A stretch of 64,000 bases of DNA from Candidatus Gottesmanbacteria bacterium (GTDB lineage Bacteria; Patescibacteriota; Microgenomatia; UBA10105; UBA927), in contig JAHFKN010000004.1 of assembly GCA_023245355.1 (NCBI GenBank), forward strand, positions 25,309-89,308. Direction: 5' to 3'. The position numbers and the translations under genes were made by a program. Below, in pieces: positions 1-9,490 of this stretch. A model generated the notes under the pieces. That model was not told the origin of the DNA and searched no databases. It saw nothing but the letters and a program-made list of their open reading frames with translations. Positions within the stretch are counted from its first letter, which is position 1, and each line of letters begins with the position of its first letter.

Positions 1-326
1 AATACCCTGGCAATCTGAAAAAGCGTATCAGGAAACACTTCTACGTCCCCGTCTAAAAATACGACAAATTCACCCCGGGCCGCATCTACTCCCCTGTTTC
101 GTGCTATTGCCGGACCTTTGTTTGCCCGCAGCCGGACAATCCGTACCGGTTTCTTCAGTGCATCAGGAGGAAGCAGCCGGGCCTCTAAAGCCGGATCGGA
201 ACCGTCATCGACGACAATCACCTCGTACTCAGGCGCGTGCTTACTCTTGCTAAGAGTCAGAAGAAGATTCTCCAGTTTTTCCAACGCATTGAAATACGGA
301 ATAATGACGGACAAATATGGTTTCAT
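1..326 (-). CDS. Glycosyltransferase family 2, N-terminal part (gene continues beyond window start)
   Basis: Reverse-strand translation from ATG at 326 gives MKPYLSVIIPYFNALEKLENLL...EYEVIVVDDGSDP...FVVFLDGDVEVF, which are the GT2 signature motifs (VIIPxFN, DDGS, DxD). Its start lies 9 nt downstream of the DegT gene stop. Confidence 0.6.
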   Translation of the reverse strand, partial: MKPYLSVIIPYFNALEKLENLLLTLSKSKHAPEYEVIVVDDGSDPALEARLLPPDALKKPVRIVRLRANKGPAIARNRGVDAARGEFVVFLDGDVEVFPDTLFQIARV

Positions 327-334
327 CGGTACGG

Positions 335-1474
335 CTACAGGGCCTGCAGCGTTTTTCGGGCAGTTAGGACAACATATTCACGTTCTGTTTTGCTCATTCC
401 CGCGTAAATCGGCATACGCACCAGCGTTGCCGCGACATCTTCTGTTACCGGCAACCTCATCCTTGCTCCTGCCAGCCGCTTTCCCATGGGAGATGCATGA
501 AGCGGCATATAATGCGTAGATACTTCTATGTGTTTTGCCCGCATTGCTTTTACGAATGCTTCCCGCATGCTCACGTTCGCGAATTTGAGCGCGTAAATAT
601 GCCAATTCGGCTGTGTCATCCCCTTCGGTACTATAGGGAGTTGAATTTTTCCGGCAAATGACTGAAATGCTTTAGTATATTCTGATGCAATTTGATTTCT
701 ATCTTTATTTATTCTATCAATTTGATCCAATTGTATATTCACCAACGCAGCGAGTATATCAGAAAGCATAAAACTGCTTCCTTCCCCTACCCAGCTATAC
801 GCAGACACCTTTCCGGCAAGGAACGCCATTCTGTCGGTACCGATAGAGCGGAATATTTCCATGGCATCAGAAAGAGCACGGGAATTTGTCAGGATGCTTC
901 CTCCTTCGCCGGCCGCTACGTTTTTCGTCCCATGAAATGAAAGCGCGCCCGCCACGCCGAACGTCCCCAACGCTTTATGCTTATATTGTGCGCCGATACA
1001 ATGTGCCGCATCTTCAACGACCCAGATTCCTGCTTTTTTGGCCAAAGCCATCAGTTCGTCAAAATACCCTCCGGCAAACCCCGCATAATGCACAGTCATG
1101 ATACCGACCGTCCGTTTGGTTATCCGGCGCATGACGTCTTGTGGATCAAGACTAAAGTGTATGGGGTCAATATCAGCAAATACCGGGGTTGCGCCCCTGA
1201 CCATGGCCGCAGTAGCGGTAGACGCAAGCGTAAAAGAAGGAACAATCACTTCATCACCGGTTTTTGCTCCCAGGCAAGCGACGGCAGCCTCCATAGCGTG
1301 GGTGCAGCTTGTGACCGGAATTGCAAATTTTGCCTTCGTAATCTGCTTTAATTTTTCGCGCATCAACGCGGATTCCGGCCCGTCAGCAGTGCCCACGCCT
1401 GTACGCATGGCGTGGATAACCGCGGCTTCAGCTTTCACTCCCCAAAACGGTTTATGGAGCGGAATTTTCATCAA
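335..1474 (-). CDS. DegT/DnrJ/EryC1/StrS-family PLP-dependent sugar aminotransferase (ArnB/WecE-like)
   Basis: 379-aa ORF. The SFHGTKN motif carries the PLP lysine. Family-typical N-terminus (fold type I aminotransferase) and the general layout of nucleotide-sugar aminotransferases. Confidence 0.85.
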   Translation of the reverse strand: MMKIPLHKPFWGVKAEAAVIHAMRTGVGTADGPESALMREKLKQITKAKFAIPVTSCTHAMEAAVACLGAKTGDEVIVPSFTLASTATAAMVRGATPVFADIDPIHFSLDPQDVMRRITKRTVGIMTVHYAGFAGGYFDELMALAKKAGIWVVEDAAHCIGAQYKHKALGTFGVAGALSFHGTKNVAAGEGGSILTNSRALSDAMEIFRSIGTDRMAFLAGKVSAYSWVGEGSSFMLSDILAALVNIQLDQIDRINKDRNQIASEYTKAFQSFAGKIQLPIVPKGMTQPNWHIYALKFANVSMREAFVKAMRAKHIEVSTHYMPLHASPMGKRLAGARMRLPVTEDVAATLVRMPIYAGMSKTEREYVVLTARKTLQAL

Positions 1475-1540
1475 AACCGATCATACTTGAAGCCATACGG
1501 GTTTGACAAGACCTGCCGCTGGCGGATACAACTAAATTAC

Positions 1541-1996
1541 ATGGGTGAACTGGGAAAAAGGCTGAAACCGAGGGCCACACATCAGCAGGACTATGTCGTG
1601 TATAAACCGGTAGACATTCCCATAACCGTCAGCATGGACACACCAGGTAAAACAGTGCGGGAACTCATGAAATGGCCCAAAAACAAAAAGGTATTGGCAG
1701 TACGGGTACCGAATACGTTTTCAGAATATGAAACGCATTACCTGACAAACAACAAAACGGCAGCAAGCCACGGTCAGGAAGCCAGGAAAGCCACGATAGA
1801 AGCGCTCAGCGCAGAGCATCACAAATCAGCACGGGAAATATTGCGTGACCTGGCAGGAGGCGCGGTATTACCGCTTATCTATTCCACAAACCTGCCGTAT
1901 CTGACCACTCCGCGCGGTCCGCTTCATGAACCGGTATTTATAGATCAGAAACAGGCAAAACTGAAGAAAAAAAGGAAGGCTAAATCCGTTTTATGA
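1541..1996 (+). CDS. Hypothetical protein with a basic C-terminus; function unknown
   Basis: The ORF fills the ~500-nt gap between two minus-strand genes. The internal ATG at 1541 is preferred over 1412 because the longer form would overlap the divergent DegT start. No recognisable motif. Confidence 0.3.
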   Translation: MGELGKRLKPRATHQQDYVVYKPVDIPITVSMDTPGKTVRELMKWPKNKKVLAVRVPNTFSEYETHYLTNNKTAASHGQEARKATIEALSAEHHKSAREILRDLAGGAVLPLIYSTNLPYLTTPRGPLHEPVFIDQKQAKLKKKRKAKSVL

Positions 1997-2513
1997 CTCT
2001 TGCAGGCACGCCTGCCACCATGACGCTGTCTGTCACATGCTTCGTGACAACAGCACCGGCGCCGACTACGCTTCTTTTGCCGATTACAACTCCGGGCAAA
2101 ATGATCGCTCCGGTGCCGATATAGGACCCCCGCTTCAGTACGACCTTGTCTTCATGCGTGGGATATATATTCTGCAGCGGATGATCGTTGTAGCCTACAT
2201 TTATATGCGTAACGATGGTTACTCTGCCGGAAAGCGTTACTTCGTCGGCAAGCTCTATGCCGCCGCGAACGTCCAGACTGACTTCATCACCCAAAAAGCA
2301 TTTGTTACCGATCGTCAGCCTGCTGAACCCATAATGGTGCAAATTGGTAAACCGAATATCCATAATCACCGTATCTTTTCCTACCGTTGCTCCCGCCAGC
2401 CGGAGCAGGAACACCCGCACGGGAGGCAACGACACATGAATGAGCCAGGCATACAGGCCGTACCACACAAACTTTACTGCTTTGGAAAATCCGATCGTCC
2501 GTAATGCATTCAT
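1980..2513 (-). CDS. Hexapeptide-repeat (left-handed beta-helix) acetyltransferase, WbbJ/WcaF-like
   Basis: Repeated [LIV]G-x4 hexapeptides (GTGAIILPGVVIGKRSVVGAGAVV) and an N-terminal hydrophobic helix. Confidence 0.75.
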   Translation of the reverse strand: MNALRTIGFSKAVKFVWYGLYAWLIHVSLPPVRVFLLRLAGATVGKDTVIMDIRFTNLHHYGFSRLTIGNKCFLGDEVSLDVRGGIELADEVTLSGRVTIVTHINVGYNDHPLQNIYPTHEDKVVLKRGSYIGTGAIILPGVVIGKRSVVGAGAVVTKHVTDSVMVAGVPARVIKRI

Positions 2514-2522
2514 ACTGGATAC

Positions 2523-3239
2523 CTAATGCAGCCGTTTCCGTAACGCCCATAACTGCACCATATAGTCTAGCGTATCACGGACGATATTGACGGAGGAAAC
2601 TTTGTCAAAACGCCGGAGAAACAGAACGGGCACCTCCATAATAGTCAGGCCTGCGCGTCCGGCATACACCATAATTTCCGTGTCCCAAAACCACCCGGTA
2701 TGCCGTGTTTTCGAAAACACGGGAAGAATTTTTTTCCGGCGGAAAAACTTATACCCGGTTTCCGTATCCATGCCTCCCGTGCCGATCATTTTATCGGACA
2801 GCCACTGATACCCGCGGCTTAACACTTCGCGGATGATCGCTTTCGGACTGGTCCGGTAATATCTGCGTCCGATAACAACATCTGCCTGTCCTTTCAGGAT
2901 ATGCGAAACAATCGACGGGATATATACGGGAGATACCTCACAATCGATGTCTATGTATCCTGACACCGTTCCGGTCGAAGCACGTACCCCGTCCATGACT
3001 GTCTTGCCGCGACCCTGATTTTTCGTGTGATACAGCGCGCGCATATTAGGATAGGTACCGCAATACGTTTTGATGAGGTTTTGTGTACCGTCGGTACTTG
3101 CATCATCCACAAATATCAGCTCGTATGTCACGTGACTGCCGTCCAGGACATCTTTTATGCGCCTCACGCTGTCGGCAAATAACCCTGCCTCATTAAAACA
3201 CGGTAACACCAGGGAAAGATCCGGGGATTTTTGCTTCAT
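2523..3239 (-). CDS. GT2 polyprenyl-phosphate sugar synthase (DPM1/ArnC/GtrB-like)
   Basis: LSLVLPCFNE...LIFVDDASTDGT...DIDCE motifs typical of Dpm1/ArnC-type GT2 enzymes that load sugars onto polyprenyl phosphate. 238 aa. Confidence 0.8.
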   Translation of the reverse strand: MKQKSPDLSLVLPCFNEAGLFADSVRRIKDVLDGSHVTYELIFVDDASTDGTQNLIKTYCGTYPNMRALYHTKNQGRGKTVMDGVRASTGTVSGYIDIDCEVSPVYIPSIVSHILKGQADVVIGRRYYRTSPKAIIREVLSRGYQWLSDKMIGTGGMDTETGYKFFRRKKILPVFSKTRHTGWFWDTEIMVYAGRAGLTIMEVPVLFLRRFDKVSSVNIVRDTLDYMVQLWALRKRLH

Positions 3240-3288
3240 TGCCGCTTGATCATATCAGGCGCGGTTATTGTGATGCAATAAACGGCCG

Positions 3289-4818
3289 CTATTTGTTCCG
3301 TACGAGAAGACTGCTGTCACCGGAAAGCGGGGAAAAATGCGTGCGGATATATGTTTTATCACGCTCAGAAAGTGTTGCTACTCTCTCCAGCCTCCCCTGA
3401 TACACATACTGAGTACCGGTCGTTTCCAATGCTGAGGCCAGATCCGGCAGTTCGCGGGAAAGGTACGGTTCCCACTGTCCGAACGGCACACAGCAGACAT
3501 AATACGGATCTTTAAAATACAGCGTAGAGCCGACCAAATCCAATACATATGCGTTTTTAGGGATAGTACGCATGGCGCGCTCAAGAATCCCGATATCTTC
3601 ATGGTTCGTGAGAGTAAACTTGGGGGTAGTAACGGACACCGTAATGCTCCACATGCCGTAAATCAACACCAGCAGACCCGCGGCGCCTATTGCACCCCCG
3701 CCCCGCACTCTGCTGAGCATATTCCATGCGATGGAAAGGGCGTCCGCCGCATAAAAAGAAACAAATACGGCGACGGGAATAAGATACTGCGCATGCCGCA
3801 GTGGATATCCGTACATAAATACGGAAACCTGAGCCAGCAATGAACCTGCTATCAGCAATTCCGTAAACACTCCTTTTCTGCCTCCGGGCAAAAACGGAGT
3901 AACGAGCCGCAGACAGCCGGTCATAAGCCCGATAAACCATATGGCATGATTTGCCAACAAACCGGCTGACCACCCGGACTGACCGTAATATGTAGCGTTG
4001 GGATAAAAAAATAAATCCGGCAACATACCGAATACTTCTCCGATACGGTTCACTTCAAACGGAAGTTTCGTGAGCGAATATACAGCCGTCATGACAACGT
4101 CCCGGCTGCCCGATATTGCACCGATCCATAGTGCAAAAATACCGGCGGGGATCAGCATTCCCGCTGCTAATAACCCTAGTGCGCGCGCTTTATATACCCG
4201 TGTACCCTCTCCCCATACTACCCAAAGAACACTTACGAGTCCTGCAACCGCTATCTGAGGCACTGTCTTGGGCAATACCAAAAGCGAGGTACCGTACCAA
4301 AACCCTGCCATCATCCAGCGCGCGTACCCCTTAGTACCCCGCAGGGCTTCAATATGCCAATACAATCCCAATAATGCCAATACTGTGGCGAGCGTGTCCG
4401 GTCGTATTTCCAGTAGTTTGTCAGCCGGCAGGGGAAGAAAAGCAAGCATAATTGCTGCCCATATTGCCATCCCGGAGTGCCGCACCTGCCGGAAAATTAC
4501 AAAAAGGAGTCCCGTCATCGCCGCAAATATACAAAAAGCCAGAACGCGCCCCGCGATAAGGACGGAGGCTCCTTCGAAAAACACGTAGAGCGGCGCCAAT
4601 ACATACAAAAAACCCGGCGGGACATACTGCAAAAAATCCCTATACGGCAACAACCCGGAAAACACATTGTGCGCCCAATGGAGATATGCCATTTCATCGG
4701 CATCAAAATACCGCACCAGAGACAGCTTAAGTCTTACGCTCAACAGAAAAATCAGAAGCCCTGAAACAATAAGACCGGTCACGATGATAAACAACACTCG
4801 AATTTGCTTGAGTTGCAT
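3289..4818 (-). CDS. Polytopic GT-C-fold membrane glycosyltransferase (ArnT/PMT-like)
   Basis: Roughly 12 predicted TM helices with aromatic-rich loops. The track ORF extends to 4884, but the ATG at 4818 (MQLKQIRV) avoids a 40-nt overlap with the divergent gene at 4844. Confidence 0.55.
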   Translation of the reverse strand: MQLKQIRVLFIIVTGLIVSGLLIFLLSVRLKLSLVRYFDADEMAYLHWAHNVFSGLLPYRDFLQYVPPGFLYVLAPLYVFFEGASVLIAGRVLAFCIFAAMTGLLFVIFRQVRHSGMAIWAAIMLAFLPLPADKLLEIRPDTLATVLALLGLYWHIEALRGTKGYARWMMAGFWYGTSLLVLPKTVPQIAVAGLVSVLWVVWGEGTRVYKARALGLLAAGMLIPAGIFALWIGAISGSRDVVMTAVYSLTKLPFEVNRIGEVFGMLPDLFFYPNATYYGQSGWSAGLLANHAIWFIGLMTGCLRLVTPFLPGGRKGVFTELLIAGSLLAQVSVFMYGYPLRHAQYLIPVAVFVSFYAADALSIAWNMLSRVRGGGAIGAAGLLVLIYGMWSITVSVTTPKFTLTNHEDIGILERAMRTIPKNAYVLDLVGSTLYFKDPYYVCCVPFGQWEPYLSRELPDLASALETTGTQYVYQGRLERVATLSERDKTYIRTHFSPLSGDSSLLVRNK

Positions 4819-4843
4819 GGGATAATGACACCATTGTGACACA

Positions 4844-6451
4844 ATGAAAAAAATATCTCGAGAATCGGTTGCGGCAATCATCATCGGAATCGGTGTTATT
4901 ACGGCAAACTCCTATCATGTATTAGCAGAATTGATCACAAACCCCAAAGACCGCGTATTTACCGGCATAGCACACTATTTCGCCGATTATTTTCTGTATG
5001 TTTCCCACATTACGCAGGGGGCACACGGTGCCTGGTTTATGACGAAACATCTCTTTACCAATGAATCCATGTCTCCGACGTGGATTTACTGGATCTATAC
5101 GATTCTCGGCAAGACAAATGCGATCGGCATACACCCGTTTGCCGCATACAACGGAAGCATCATCCTCTTAGGTACTGCACTTCTTATCCTCTGGTGGAAT
5201 ATAATCCGGGATTTGTTCCCGAAACGGCCGCTTACGCAGCTGATAGCATTTCTCTTCATTACCACGGCATCAAATTTCCCCGGATTAGGAGACTTTTGGT
5301 TCTCCCCTACTCCTGCGCTAAACCGCCTCGGCGGCGTTCCGCACCAATTTGTTCAGACTATTCTATTACTTCTTACCATACGTGCATTTTTATCTGCGGC
5401 ACACACCGCAAAACGGCCGTCCGTACTATCAGGCATCACCCGCTATCTGCTGCTTTGTGCGGTTTCTTTTCTTGCCGCCACAGCAAGTCCGATTCAGATG
5501 CTGCTTGTCACGGCCTCAATGGGTATATTCCTCGTAATCTCACTGTGGGGCGGCAACAGATCCTATATAGCATCCTTTGCGGCAGTCGCACTTCCTGCAT
5601 TTTTCGGAGCATATCTTACGAACGCTGAATTTGCCCGGCAGCCGATTCTTGCCGCCGCAAAACTATGGGAAAACAGCCAGCCCGTTTCCGTACCTGTCTG
5701 GCAATTTATCCTCGCGCTCGGACCGATCAGTGTGCTTCTTCCGTTCGGAATACGACAGTATCTTACAAACATCACACCCTTGCGGTCTGTGCTGGGAATC
5801 TTTGCTGCATTGTCACTGGCAGCTTTTTTCAGCGGGGTTCCGCTTCTGTTAGGAACAACTCCCGTCCGCTGGCTCTCTCCTGCCTCAATCGCCGTACTCC
5901 CTCTTATTGCCGCACTGGGATTTATGGAAGTGTCCCGTCTCACGGATCGCATGATTCCGCTTCCCCGTGTGTACATTCGCGCTCTGTTGCTCCTGATATA
6001 TATCGCGTTTACTGTTCCGTCGCTCTATACACAGGTGCAGGCAAGAGTAACACCGCTCCGGTCTGATCCGACCATGCAAACGCTCAATCATGTTCCCGCG
6101 CCCGTAATGGAAGCGCTTACCGCTATAAAATCTACTCCGGGAAACGGTGTCGTCGTCACTGATCCTTCCATCCCCTACGACGTACTTGTCCCCGTCATTT
6201 CAGGAAAACGGTCATTTACCGGACACCCTATCCATACGCTCTACCCCCAGGTAAAAGAAGAACTGCGCCACAAGTTTTTTTCCGGGCTAATGACGGACCC
6301 CGAAGCCAGACAATTTATAAAAGACCACACTATTTTGTATATCCTCGCTTCCCCACAGGCAGTTCGTATACTCGAACGGTATCCGTTTCTTTCCCTTTCG
6401 TTTCAAAACGACACCGTCTCAGTGTATATCGCAACCGGGATAACGCCGTAA
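4844..6451 (+). CDS. Polytopic membrane protein, paralog family A (GT-C-like); motifs HYFADYFLYVSHITQG, FPKRP and RLGGVPHQ
   Basis: 535 aa with many TM helices. Clearly homologous to 14500..16083 (HHPADYFYYLSQFAQG, MPKRP, RFGGVPHQ) and more distantly to 11471..13120. Confidence 0.6.
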   Translation: MKKISRESVAAIIIGIGVITANSYHVLAELITNPKDRVFTGIAHYFADYFLYVSHITQGAHGAWFMTKHLFTNESMSPTWIYWIYTILGKTNAIGIHPFAAYNGSIILLGTALLILWWNIIRDLFPKRPLTQLIAFLFITTASNFPGLGDFWFSPTPALNRLGGVPHQFVQTILLLLTIRAFLSAAHTAKRPSVLSGITRYLLLCAVSFLAATASPIQMLLVTASMGIFLVISLWGGNRSYIASFAAVALPAFFGAYLTNAEFARQPILAAAKLWENSQPVSVPVWQFILALGPISVLLPFGIRQYLTNITPLRSVLGIFAALSLAAFFSGVPLLLGTTPVRWLSPASIAVLPLIAALGFMEVSRLTDRMIPLPRVYIRALLLLIYIAFTVPSLYTQVQARVTPLRSDPTMQTLNHVPAPVMEALTAIKSTPGNGVVVTDPSIPYDVLVPVISGKRSFTGHPIHTLYPQVKEELRHKFFSGLMTDPEARQFIKDHTILYILASPQAVRILERYPFLSLSFQNDTVSVYIATGITP

Positions 6452-6458
6452 AACACGT

Positions 6459-8084
6459 ATGAAACATATAGCAGACTGGATCCAAAAGCACGCAGGAATC
6501 CTTGTTGTCGGTGTATTTTTCATCATCCACATAAGCATCATGAATGCGTACGGTTTTACGTGGGATTTTCACTTCCATTTTTTCGGCGGAGGCAAATTAT
6601 TGGGAATCAGTCCGGACGTGTTGGAGCCGCGCGCGCTTCCGTTTGTCGAACCGGATCCGCGGCTCGCATGGACATTGCCGTACGGCCCGCTCATGAGCAT
6701 TCCTCCCGTCGCATCCTATTTACTGTTATATAAAACCCTCGCATGGCTTCCGGCTGATACGTCATATCATCTGCCGATAGTTTTGTGGGGCATATCCGGT
6801 ATTGCCGTTCTCTATCTGTTTATCAGGGAAGCCATAAACCGGCGGGCCGCACTGCTTGCAGCAATCTTTTTGGGACTTACCCCCCGGTATTTCGGCGATC
6901 TCCACAATAACATGAAGGATGTACCCTCTGCCGTCGCGTTTGCACTCAATATATGGCTCTTATGGCGCCTGATCAGACATAAACGGCTCATAGACCTCTT
7001 CCTTGCCGTCATAGGCTTTGCTGTGGCGTTCAATGTCAAAATTAACAGCATTTTTATCCCGGTCGTGTTTATGGTATGGCTGGTTGTTTTGCGCGTCACA
7101 CGCGCCAAAGTGCGGATATCGGCCTACATATTGGCATACATGCTGACGGCTCCTGTAGCCGCATTTTTGTTGTGGTGGGCATTTTGGCCTGACCCGATAG
7201 GACAACTCCGGCACGCATTTTTTACCTTCGGAGTCGGCACAAACAATATTGAGGTATTACTAAACGGGGCGTGGTATTGTTCCGGCTCTACCGTACCCTG
7301 GTATTACCCGTATTGGTACCTCGCCATTACGACCCCCATTCCTCTCCTTGCCGGTTTCTTTATGGGAATTTTCTCACTACTCGGAAAACCGGGTACGTAT
7401 AAACCGACCATACTGCTGATGTTGTTATGGTTCATACTCCCGCTGACCCGGTATGTGTTCCCCTCAATCGGCGTTATAGACGGCATCCGCCATTTTGAAG
7501 AAGTGGTATTTCCGATCGCGGCTCTATCCGCAATCGGAACGGATTATCTGCTGAATCTGATCGCGAAACGATGGGTACGTGTACTCATACCATTGACTGC
7601 CATAGGGTATCTTATATACACCGTCGTTTCTTTTCATCCCTATCAGATAACCTATTTCAATGAATTTGTCGGAGGGGCGGCGGGAGCAGTCGGTAACTAT
7701 GATCTGGATTACTGGGGCACGAGCCAGAAAGCGGCAGTTGAGTGGGTGAACAATAATGCTCCGCAAAATGCGAAAGTGCATATCGTCATGGCATCGGCAG
7801 TGGCCGGACAATATCTGCGGCCTGACCTGATTGCTAACCTGAACAAATACGGATATGACGAATCGGATTTTGTCATCCTGTTAAACCGCCAGTCGTTTTT
7901 TTACCGCTTCTTTTATGCATATGAATACCTCCTGTATCATCGGCCCGCGCATATCATCACGGTCCGGGGAGCACCGCTTACCTGGATTTATGACAACCGG
8001 ACGGATAACAAAACACCCCGTCAAACTCCCTGGTGGCACGATGAAGATCCCTGCATACGGAAATATTGGAAAGGTGAACGATGA
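6459..8084 (+). CDS. Polytopic GT-C-fold membrane glycosyltransferase (ArnT/PMT-like)
   Basis: 541 aa. N-terminal TM bundle with an aromatic/acidic first loop (WDFHFHFFGGGKL) and a C-terminal soluble region. Confidence 0.6.
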   Translation: MKHIADWIQKHAGILVVGVFFIIHISIMNAYGFTWDFHFHFFGGGKLLGISPDVLEPRALPFVEPDPRLAWTLPYGPLMSIPPVASYLLLYKTLAWLPADTSYHLPIVLWGISGIAVLYLFIREAINRRAALLAAIFLGLTPRYFGDLHNNMKDVPSAVAFALNIWLLWRLIRHKRLIDLFLAVIGFAVAFNVKINSIFIPVVFMVWLVVLRVTRAKVRISAYILAYMLTAPVAAFLLWWAFWPDPIGQLRHAFFTFGVGTNNIEVLLNGAWYCSGSTVPWYYPYWYLAITTPIPLLAGFFMGIFSLLGKPGTYKPTILLMLLWFILPLTRYVFPSIGVIDGIRHFEEVVFPIAALSAIGTDYLLNLIAKRWVRVLIPLTAIGYLIYTVVSFHPYQITYFNEFVGGAAGAVGNYDLDYWGTSQKAAVEWVNNNAPQNAKVHIVMASAVAGQYLRPDLIANLNKYGYDESDFVILLNRQSFFYRFFYAYEYLLYHRPAHIITVRGAPLTWIYDNRTDNKTPRQTPWWHDEDPCIRKYWKGER

Positions 8085-9490
8085 AAACAAACCGTGCTGC
8101 GCGGCTGCTTGTTCCCGCGCTTACGATATTGGGAGCATTGTATCTGCTGTTTCATCTGCTTTTCTTGTGGATGTATACCAATATTGACGGCTATTTTTAC
8201 TGGGCAATCGGCCGGTATTTTACGACAGGCAGCTATCCGTTTATCTCTCCGTTTATCTATGCAAAACCAATCACGGTATCTCCCCCGCTCTACGGCCTGT
8301 TCGTGTCTCTTATCGGAACCGTGCCAAATGGTGACGTCATTCTTCACGCATTCCATATACTTCTCATAACATGCACGACATTGTTACTGTTTAAAATATT
8401 AACCTCGATGATATCCAGAAATCTGGCCGCGCTTATCAGCTTTTTCTTTCTCATATTTCCGTCAAACGTCATATATACGGCCTCCATGATGACGGAATTA
8501 CCCGCGCAAACCGCGATGACGGCGTATCTGTATTTAACCCAAAAATATATGCGGTCTCACAAATCATCCGCATTGGGAATTATGCTCGTTTTATCGGCAA
8601 GCATGACCCTGCTTAAATATCAGTTCATTGTTTTGTTTGTCATTACGTTCCTTTTCCTTCTGTGGAACATCCTTGTGATGCGGACCAAATCGCCGTTTTT
8701 GATCTCCTGTGCTATCTTTGGCGCACTGATTATCGGTATATGGGTCAATATAAACCACACGGTCACCGGCGTATGGGGCCTTTCCGATACGAAAAAAATG
8801 CCCTTCTATACCAATTTTGTCTGGGAAGGAAAATACTACCCTCCGGAAAATCATCCTGCAGTCAAAGCGCTCCGAAAATATGTACCGGTAACTGCCGATA
8901 GGTATGCGGAATACTGGGATCTTCAGGATTATATCCTGCCGTATGTAGACCGCAATTGGTCCGCCGTGGATGAATTATTGGGAAATGTGGGGGTTGCCGC
9001 AATAGCTACCCACCCGTTTGAATATGTACAAAACGGAATCCGAATATTTATTAAGACCCACGGCCACCGCGCCCCCTGGTGGCAGAACATTGAAACGTTC
9101 GGTACGCGTGACCCCGTACAGCCGCTGTATTGTGACGCATTGGGAACCATCAAATTCTGCAGGCCGATCATTAAGACAGCCTATTCATACACGCTCTGGA
9201 ATACATACGTACGAAAGTCCCGCAGCCTTTATAACGCGGTAATCGCCCCCGTCCTTCTGTTTCTTTTCCTTCCGCTTCTTTGTATTGTATTGGTAGCCCG
9301 TCAGTGGAATAAACGTATTTTTGCTCTGGTCTATCTTTCTAACCTCATCCCGATATCATATCTTGCCATGACCGAATCCCGGTATCTTATCCCCTATTAC
9401 CCGCTAATAATTATTATTTCCGTACTGGGTGCGCAGTCAGCCGTTTCATACGTCCGGGCAATGGCCCACAAAATACAAAACAGAGCATAA
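8081..9490 (+). CDS. GT-C-fold glycosyltransferase, PMT/ArnT (GT39/GT83)-like
   Basis: 469 aa. The first loop, NIDGYFYWAIGRYF, resembles the DE/DxY motif of GT39/GT83 enzymes. Multiple TM helices. An ATGA overlap with the upstream gene suggests translational coupling. Confidence 0.65.
   Translation: MKTNRAARLLVPALTILGALYLLFHLLFLWMYTNIDGYFYWAIGRYFTTGSYPFISPFIYAKPITVSPPLYGLFVSLIGTVPNGDVILHAFHILLITCTTLLLFKILTSMISRNLAALISFFFLIFPSNVIYTASMMTELPAQTAMTAYLYLTQKYMRSHKSSALGIMLVLSASMTLLKYQFIVLFVITFLFLLWNILVMRTKSPFLISCAIFGALIIGIWVNINHTVTGVWGLSDTKKMPFYTNFVWEGKYYPPENHPAVKALRKYVPVTADRYAEYWDLQDYILPYVDRNWSAVDELLGNVGVAAIATHPFEYVQNGIRIFIKTHGHRAPWWQNIETFGTRDPVQPLYCDALGTIKFCRPIIKTAYSYTLWNTYVRKSRSLYNAVIAPVLLFLFLPLLCIVLVARQWNKRIFALVYLSNLIPISYLAMTESRYLIPYYPLIIIISVLGAQSAVSYVRAMAHKIQNRA

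Noticed and set aside
378-1490. Small ORFs overlapping the DegT aminotransferase gene (e.g. 378..605 minus, 977..1351 plus, 1098..1490 plus)
   Set aside because: They are embedded in, or antisense to, a well-supported 379-aa PLP-enzyme gene and have no features of their own.
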